Made by a program: the position numbers and the translations under genes | Assembly: GCA_963772165.1 (NCBI GenBank) | Contig: CAVYWA010000014.1 | Location: 247,363-311,362, forward strand | Length of the DNA: 64,000 nt | Reading direction: 5' to 3' | DNA from: an uncultured Bacteroidota bacterium | GTDB lineage: Bacteria; Bacteroidota; Ignavibacteria; UBA10030; UBA8401 | The notes under the pieces: model-generated | What the model was told of the DNA's origin: nothing | The model's input: the letters and a program-made list of their open reading frames with translations, nothing else | The model's database searches: none | Part shown: positions 60,347 through 64,000 of the stretch, piece after piece | Layout of the letters: each line of letters opens with the position of its first letter | Numbering within the stretch: the first letter of the stretch is position 1

Positions 60347-61054
60347 ATGGGTATCCCTGAACGGAAGGAAAGAGAAAAAGAGCGCAGGAAAGAGGAAATT
60401 CTCGATGCTGCCCAGCGCGTTTTCGTCGAAAAGGGGCTCATGACCGCAACAGTCGATGACATAGCTGCGGCTGCTGAATTGAGCAAAGGAACTCTCTATC
60501 TCTACTTCGAGAGTAAAGAAGATATTTACATTGCGCTAATGATGCGCGGTCTTCGTTTACTCTATACAACGTTTAACGAAATAATTTCCGGCGAGACGTC
60601 TACTGTCAGGATCCTCCACGAGATGGGTGAAGCATATACAGAGTTTTTCAACACTCAGAGGAATTACTTTCGCATGCTGGACTCTGCTTATCGTCCCAAT
60701 GTCCACAAAGAGGTCTCGGAGGAAATGAGGAAAATCTACTCCACTGAGAGTCAAAAAAATTGGGAACAGATTATCGACCTGTTCAATCGAGGTGTCCAGG
60801 AAAAGAAAATCAGGAACGACATCAACCCCGTTGACATGGCAATAATCATCTGGTCGAACACCACATCGCTCATGACTCGAATTGACCGCGAAGGAGAGAC
60901 ATGGAGGAAGGAAAGAAATATTGATCTCATGAAAACGTTGGATGTCTCATTCCATCTTCTTATGGATGCAATTCTTACTCCGGAAGGGCAGTCCGAATAT
61001 GCCGCTCTTGTAGAAGAGCAAAGTCGTTCATACCATTATACAAGGAACCGATGA
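60347..61054 (+). CDS. TetR-family transcriptional regulator
   Basis: The N-terminal HTH reads ..ILDAAQRVFVEKGLMTATVDDIAAAAELSKGTLYLYF.. Confidence 0.8.
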   Translation: MGIPERKEREKERRKEEILDAAQRVFVEKGLMTATVDDIAAAAELSKGTLYLYFESKEDIYIALMMRGLRLLYTTFNEIISGETSTVRILHEMGEAYTEFFNTQRNYFRMLDSAYRPNVHKEVSEEMRKIYSTESQKNWEQIIDLFNRGVQEKKIRNDINPVDMAIIIWSNTTSLMTRIDREGETWRKERNIDLMKTLDVSFHLLMDAILTPEGQSEYAALVEEQSRSYHYTRNR

Positions 61055-62397
61055 TGCGCAGATCATTACCAGCCATTGCGTTTTGTTTTCTTTTTTCATT
61101 CAGCGCCCAGGCCCAACAAAAGCTTACGCTGACAATCGAGGAGGCAACTCGTCTCGGGCTTGAGAACAGCAAAGCACTCCATACATCACAGTTCAAGCTT
61201 GACGCCGCTACCGCCAGAGCGGCAGCGACTAATACCCTTGCGCTGCCGTCGCTGAAATTTAACGGCGCCTATACGAGGCTGAGCGAAGTGCCGCCCGAGG
61301 CCGTGAACCTTCCGGCAAACTCATTCGGACTGGGATTCCCTCCTTCCGACCTTTCGCTGACGTTGTCACCGACGATTCTTGATAACTATTCATTGCAGGC
61401 GACCGTCCAACAACCGCTCTTTACCGGCCAAAAAATCTCCGGCGCCATCGAGGCGGCAGACTATACTGCCCGGGCGACGGAGCAGGACTTCAGGAGAGAC
61501 AAAGCAGAAATCATCTATAACATCGAGGCGGCATACTGGACGCTGTATCAGGCAATTGAAGCAAAGCGCTTCGTCGACGAGAATGTCTCACAGGTACAGG
61601 TCCATGCAACCGACGCAGAGAATCTTATGAAGCAAGGATTCCTGACGAAGAACGATCTCATGAAAGTCCAGGTTCAGCTTTCGGATGCACTCGTCCGTCA
61701 GATTGATGCGGAGAACGGCGTTCAGCTTGCAATGTACGCGCTCAACAACACCCTCGGCCTTCCTTTGCGCACAGAGATTGTGCTTGCATCTACAATCCAG
61801 GTCAACGACAGATCATGGAACACTGCCGATTCGTTGATCAAACGCGCATTGGAAAAACGTCCGGAGGTTCTCGGCATGAACGCTCGTGTAAAAGCGGGGG
61901 AGGCTGGTCTTGCGTCAGCTCGCGGGAGCTGGTGGCCGCAAATCTACCTGGTTGGTAATTACAGTTATCTTAATCCGAACCAACGCTACTTTCCGGTCAC
62001 AGACGAATTCAAAGGGACGTGGGATGTCTCGGTGTCCCTGTCATACGATATTTGGAACTGGTGGCAAACTGGGTATCAAACCGCGGAGGCACAAGCCCAA
62101 CTCGCACAGGCGCAAGAAGGTCTCTCGATCGTCCAGGATGGCGTCACTCTTGAAGTAACACAGTGCTTTCTTGCAATAGAGAAGGCAAAGGAACGCAAAG
62201 CGGTTTCTGAGCAAGGAGTGGCTCAGGCAGAAGAGAACTACCGGATCATCACCGGCAAATTTAAGCAGGGACTTGCCGCGAACTCCGACCTTCGTGACGC
62301 CGAGGTTGAGCTCCTGCAGGCAAAGTTGAATTTAACTCAATCACTGGTCAACTATGAACTCGCCATCGCTCAACTCTCCAAGGCAATCGGCGAATAG
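61051..62397 (+). CDS. TolC-family outer-membrane efflux protein
   Basis: The 448 aa ORF has a signal peptide and two repeated coiled/beta-barrel halves typical of OEP family proteins. Confidence 0.75.
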   Translation: MMRRSLPAIAFCFLFSFSAQAQQKLTLTIEEATRLGLENSKALHTSQFKLDAATARAAATNTLALPSLKFNGAYTRLSEVPPEAVNLPANSFGLGFPPSDLSLTLSPTILDNYSLQATVQQPLFTGQKISGAIEAADYTARATEQDFRRDKAEIIYNIEAAYWTLYQAIEAKRFVDENVSQVQVHATDAENLMKQGFLTKNDLMKVQVQLSDALVRQIDAENGVQLAMYALNNTLGLPLRTEIVLASTIQVNDRSWNTADSLIKRALEKRPEVLGMNARVKAGEAGLASARGSWWPQIYLVGNYSYLNPNQRYFPVTDEFKGTWDVSVSLSYDIWNWWQTGYQTAEAQAQLAQAQEGLSIVQDGVTLEVTQCFLAIEKAKERKAVSEQGVAQAEENYRIITGKFKQGLAANSDLRDAEVELLQAKLNLTQSLVNYELAIAQLSKAIGE

Positions 62398-62427
62398 GAA
62401 CGAACACTACGGAAAAGGTTATTACTC

Positions 62428-63492
62428 ATGAGCACAAGAAATCGACTATTACTCATCGGTGGCATTATCGCGGCTGTTCTCATCGCGCTGATTGCCAGGA
62501 GCAAGGCTGTGCTGAATTCCGAGACGGGCACAGGCTCAATAGCAACGGCGTATTCAGTTTCGGTCGTCACCGTCCAAAAACAACCGGTTGAAGAAAAAAT
62601 CTCGGCTGTGGGAACCCTGAACGCGATCAACGATGTCGTCGTTCTGTCGGAAACGCAGGGACGCATTCTTAAGGTGGATTGCGAGGTAGGGGATTTCAAG
62701 AAAGCCGGTTCGGTCCTCGTTGAAGTGGACAGCGAACTCAAAGAGGCCGCATACAAGACCGCGGAAGTAACCTACGAGCGGGCAAAAAAAGACCTGGAGC
62801 GGTATGAGACCCTCTCGGCCGAACATTCGATTTCCGATACGCAGATCGAACAAGCCCGGTGGTCGTGTCAGTCGGCGGAAGCACAGTTTATCACGGCGCG
62901 GCGGCAACTCACCGACACGAAGATCACGACCCCGATTTCTGGAATTGTTACTGCACGTTACGTGAACGAAGGGACGATGGTCATGGGCGCGCCTCAGGCG
63001 ACACAAATAGCAAACGTCGTTGATATTTCAAAAATGAAAGCGAAAATCTTCGTCGCTGAAAAAGACGTTTTTCGCATTCACGTCGGGGATCCTGCCGAAA
63101 TCACGACGGACGTGTATCCCGGGACTTTGTTCGAGGGGAAAGTGTTCACGATTGGCTCGAAGGGGGATGAAGGGCACACATATCCCGTGGAAGTTATTCT
63201 CAACAATGCCAAACAGCAATTGCGGGCTGGCATGTTCATCACGATCACGATCAATGCGCATTTGGACGGAGAATCGCTCGTCATCCCCCGCGCGGCAATC
63301 GTCGGAAGTATCCAGAATGCAAAAGTGTTTGTCGTGAAAAACAAGATTGCCTCTTTGCGTTCTGTTGTAGCGGACAAAGAAATCGGAATAAACGTGGAAA
63401 TCTCGAGCGGCCTTCAAGCCGGCGAGGCAGTGGTAGTCGACGGCATGGATAATTTGAGCGATAACACTCCGGTCATCGTTCGCAACGAATGA
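62428..63492 (+). CDS. Efflux RND periplasmic adaptor subunit (HlyD/MFP family)
   Basis: The ORF has an N-terminal TM anchor followed by coiled-coil, lipoyl-like and beta-barrel segments. Confidence 0.75.
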   Translation: MSTRNRLLLIGGIIAAVLIALIARSKAVLNSETGTGSIATAYSVSVVTVQKQPVEEKISAVGTLNAINDVVVLSETQGRILKVDCEVGDFKKAGSVLVEVDSELKEAAYKTAEVTYERAKKDLERYETLSAEHSISDTQIEQARWSCQSAEAQFITARRQLTDTKITTPISGIVTARYVNEGTMVMGAPQATQIANVVDISKMKAKIFVAEKDVFRIHVGDPAEITTDVYPGTLFEGKVFTIGSKGDEGHTYPVEVILNNAKQQLRAGMFITITINAHLDGESLVIPRAAIVGSIQNAKVFVVKNKIASLRSVVADKEIGINVEISSGLQAGEAVVVDGMDNLSDNTPVIVRNE

Positions 63493-63511
63493 CCTCTGAA
63501 GGGAAAATGAA

Positions 63512-64000
63512 ATGACCATTACTGAATTATCAATAAAGCGGCCGACGCTCGTCGTTGTCGTTTTCACCGTACTGGGAGTGCTCGGTCTCTTCAGCTACTT
63601 CCAACTCAACTATGAACTGTTGCCGAAATTGTCCATTCCCGTCGTGACGATTACGACCGTCTATCCGGGCGCATCACCGTATGAAGTGGAGAACAATGTC
63701 AGCAAAATCATCGAGGACGCGATCTCGGGCATTGACAAAATAGACGATGTGCGCACGACGTCGATGGAGGGTCTGTCGCTCGTCATTATCGAGTTCAAGC
63801 AGGATGCCAATATCGATTTCGTGGTGCAAGATGCATCGCGCAAAGTCAACGCCATCCTTGCAAACCTTCCGACCGACGCAAAGCTGCCGACGGTTTCTAA
63901 GATTGCGTTTGACGAAATCCCCGTGTTGCGTATGGGCGTGACGAGCCGGATGGATGCGCGCCAATTCCATCAATTTATGACCGACCAGGTCCAGCCGCGG
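63512..64000 (+). CDS. RND efflux permease (AcrB/HAE1 family), N-terminal part; it runs off the right edge
   Basis: The sequence reads MTITELSIKRPTLVVVVFTVLGVLGLFSYFQLNYELLPKLSIPVVTITTVYPGASPYEVENNV... It is not in the ORF track because it has no stop in the window. Confidence 0.8.
   Translation, partial: MTITELSIKRPTLVVVVFTVLGVLGLFSYFQLNYELLPKLSIPVVTITTVYPGASPYEVENNVSKIIEDAISGIDKIDDVRTTSMEGLSLVIIEFKQDANIDFVVQDASRKVNAILANLPTDAKLPTVSKIAFDEIPVLRMGVTSRMDARQFHQFMTDQVQPR

Noticed and set aside
1-64000. Many opposite-strand ORFs are embedded in long genes (for example 1985-2323-, 6101-6955-, 32625-33464-, 45518-45904-, 56836-57174-, 63028-63567-).
   Set aside because: They are shadow ORFs. Each overlaps a gene with clear family motifs on the other strand, and their translations are low-complexity.
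1-64000. CRISPR arrays and rRNA genes were looked for.
   Set aside because: No regularly spaced identical repeats of 24-48 bp and no rRNA-like conserved stretches were seen. The only tRNA-like sequences are the tRNA-Asp and its 5' fragment.

Overview
This 64 kb window comes from a bacterial chromosome of the FCB group (Bacteroidota/Ignavibacteriota-like). A TonB-dependent receptor with a CarbopepD_reg-like N-terminus and a T9SS C-terminal sorting domain support that placement. The window has three parts. (i) The left flank (1-19.2 kb) carries a conserved cell-envelope locus. It holds an OlsB/OlsA-like aminolipid acyltransferase pair and an LPG-synthase-TM-like membrane protein. It also holds a surface-sugar cluster made of a cytidylyltransferase, a split transketolase, a class III aminotransferase, an SDR, a NeuB-like synthase and a frameshifted fatty-acid hydroxylase. 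After these come a TonB-dependent receptor, a T9SS-sorted beta-helix protein, two calcineurin-like phosphoesterases, a YVTN propeller protein and an outer-membrane barrel. (ii) The middle is a ~31 kb integrative island (about 19.19-50.41 kb) inserted in tRNA-Asp(GTC). It is bounded by 55-bp direct repeats that duplicate the 5' half of the tRNA plus 15 bp upstream, and it has a tyrosine integrase at each end. Its cargo includes Fic (frameshifted), RadC, a NiaP-like MFS transporter plus a PncA nicotinamidase, and AT-rich secreted/lipoprotein genes. It also carries a type I R-M system whose hsdR and hsdM are inactivated (in-frame TGA and frameshifts) while hsdS is intact. Inside the R-M locus, between hsdR and hsdMS, sits an intact, translationally coupled 4-gene cassette. 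It encodes a small Gly-rich protein, a PfkB-kinase-nucleoside 2-deoxyribosyltransferase-like fusion, a QueC-like PP-loop ATPase and an HhH-GPD glycosylase-like protein, and it is flanked by a 23-bp imperfect direct repeat of the hsdR 3' end. This is the best candidate for an undescribed nucleobase-conjugation/modification defence module. It is followed by a heavily frameshifted metallophosphoesterase / double-GTPase-like region. (iii) The right flank (50.4-64 kb) has the intact tRNA-Asp, an iteron-like repeat cluster, a CheY-like receiver, MscL, a BMC-associated fucose/rhamnose set (PduS-like, PduT-like shell protein, class II aldolase, rhamnulokinase) and a TetR-TolC-MFP-RND efflux operon. 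The density of frameshifts and nonsense lesions is much higher inside the island than in the flanks. This suggests decay of the defence cargo, although indel errors in the assembly cannot be excluded from sequence alone.
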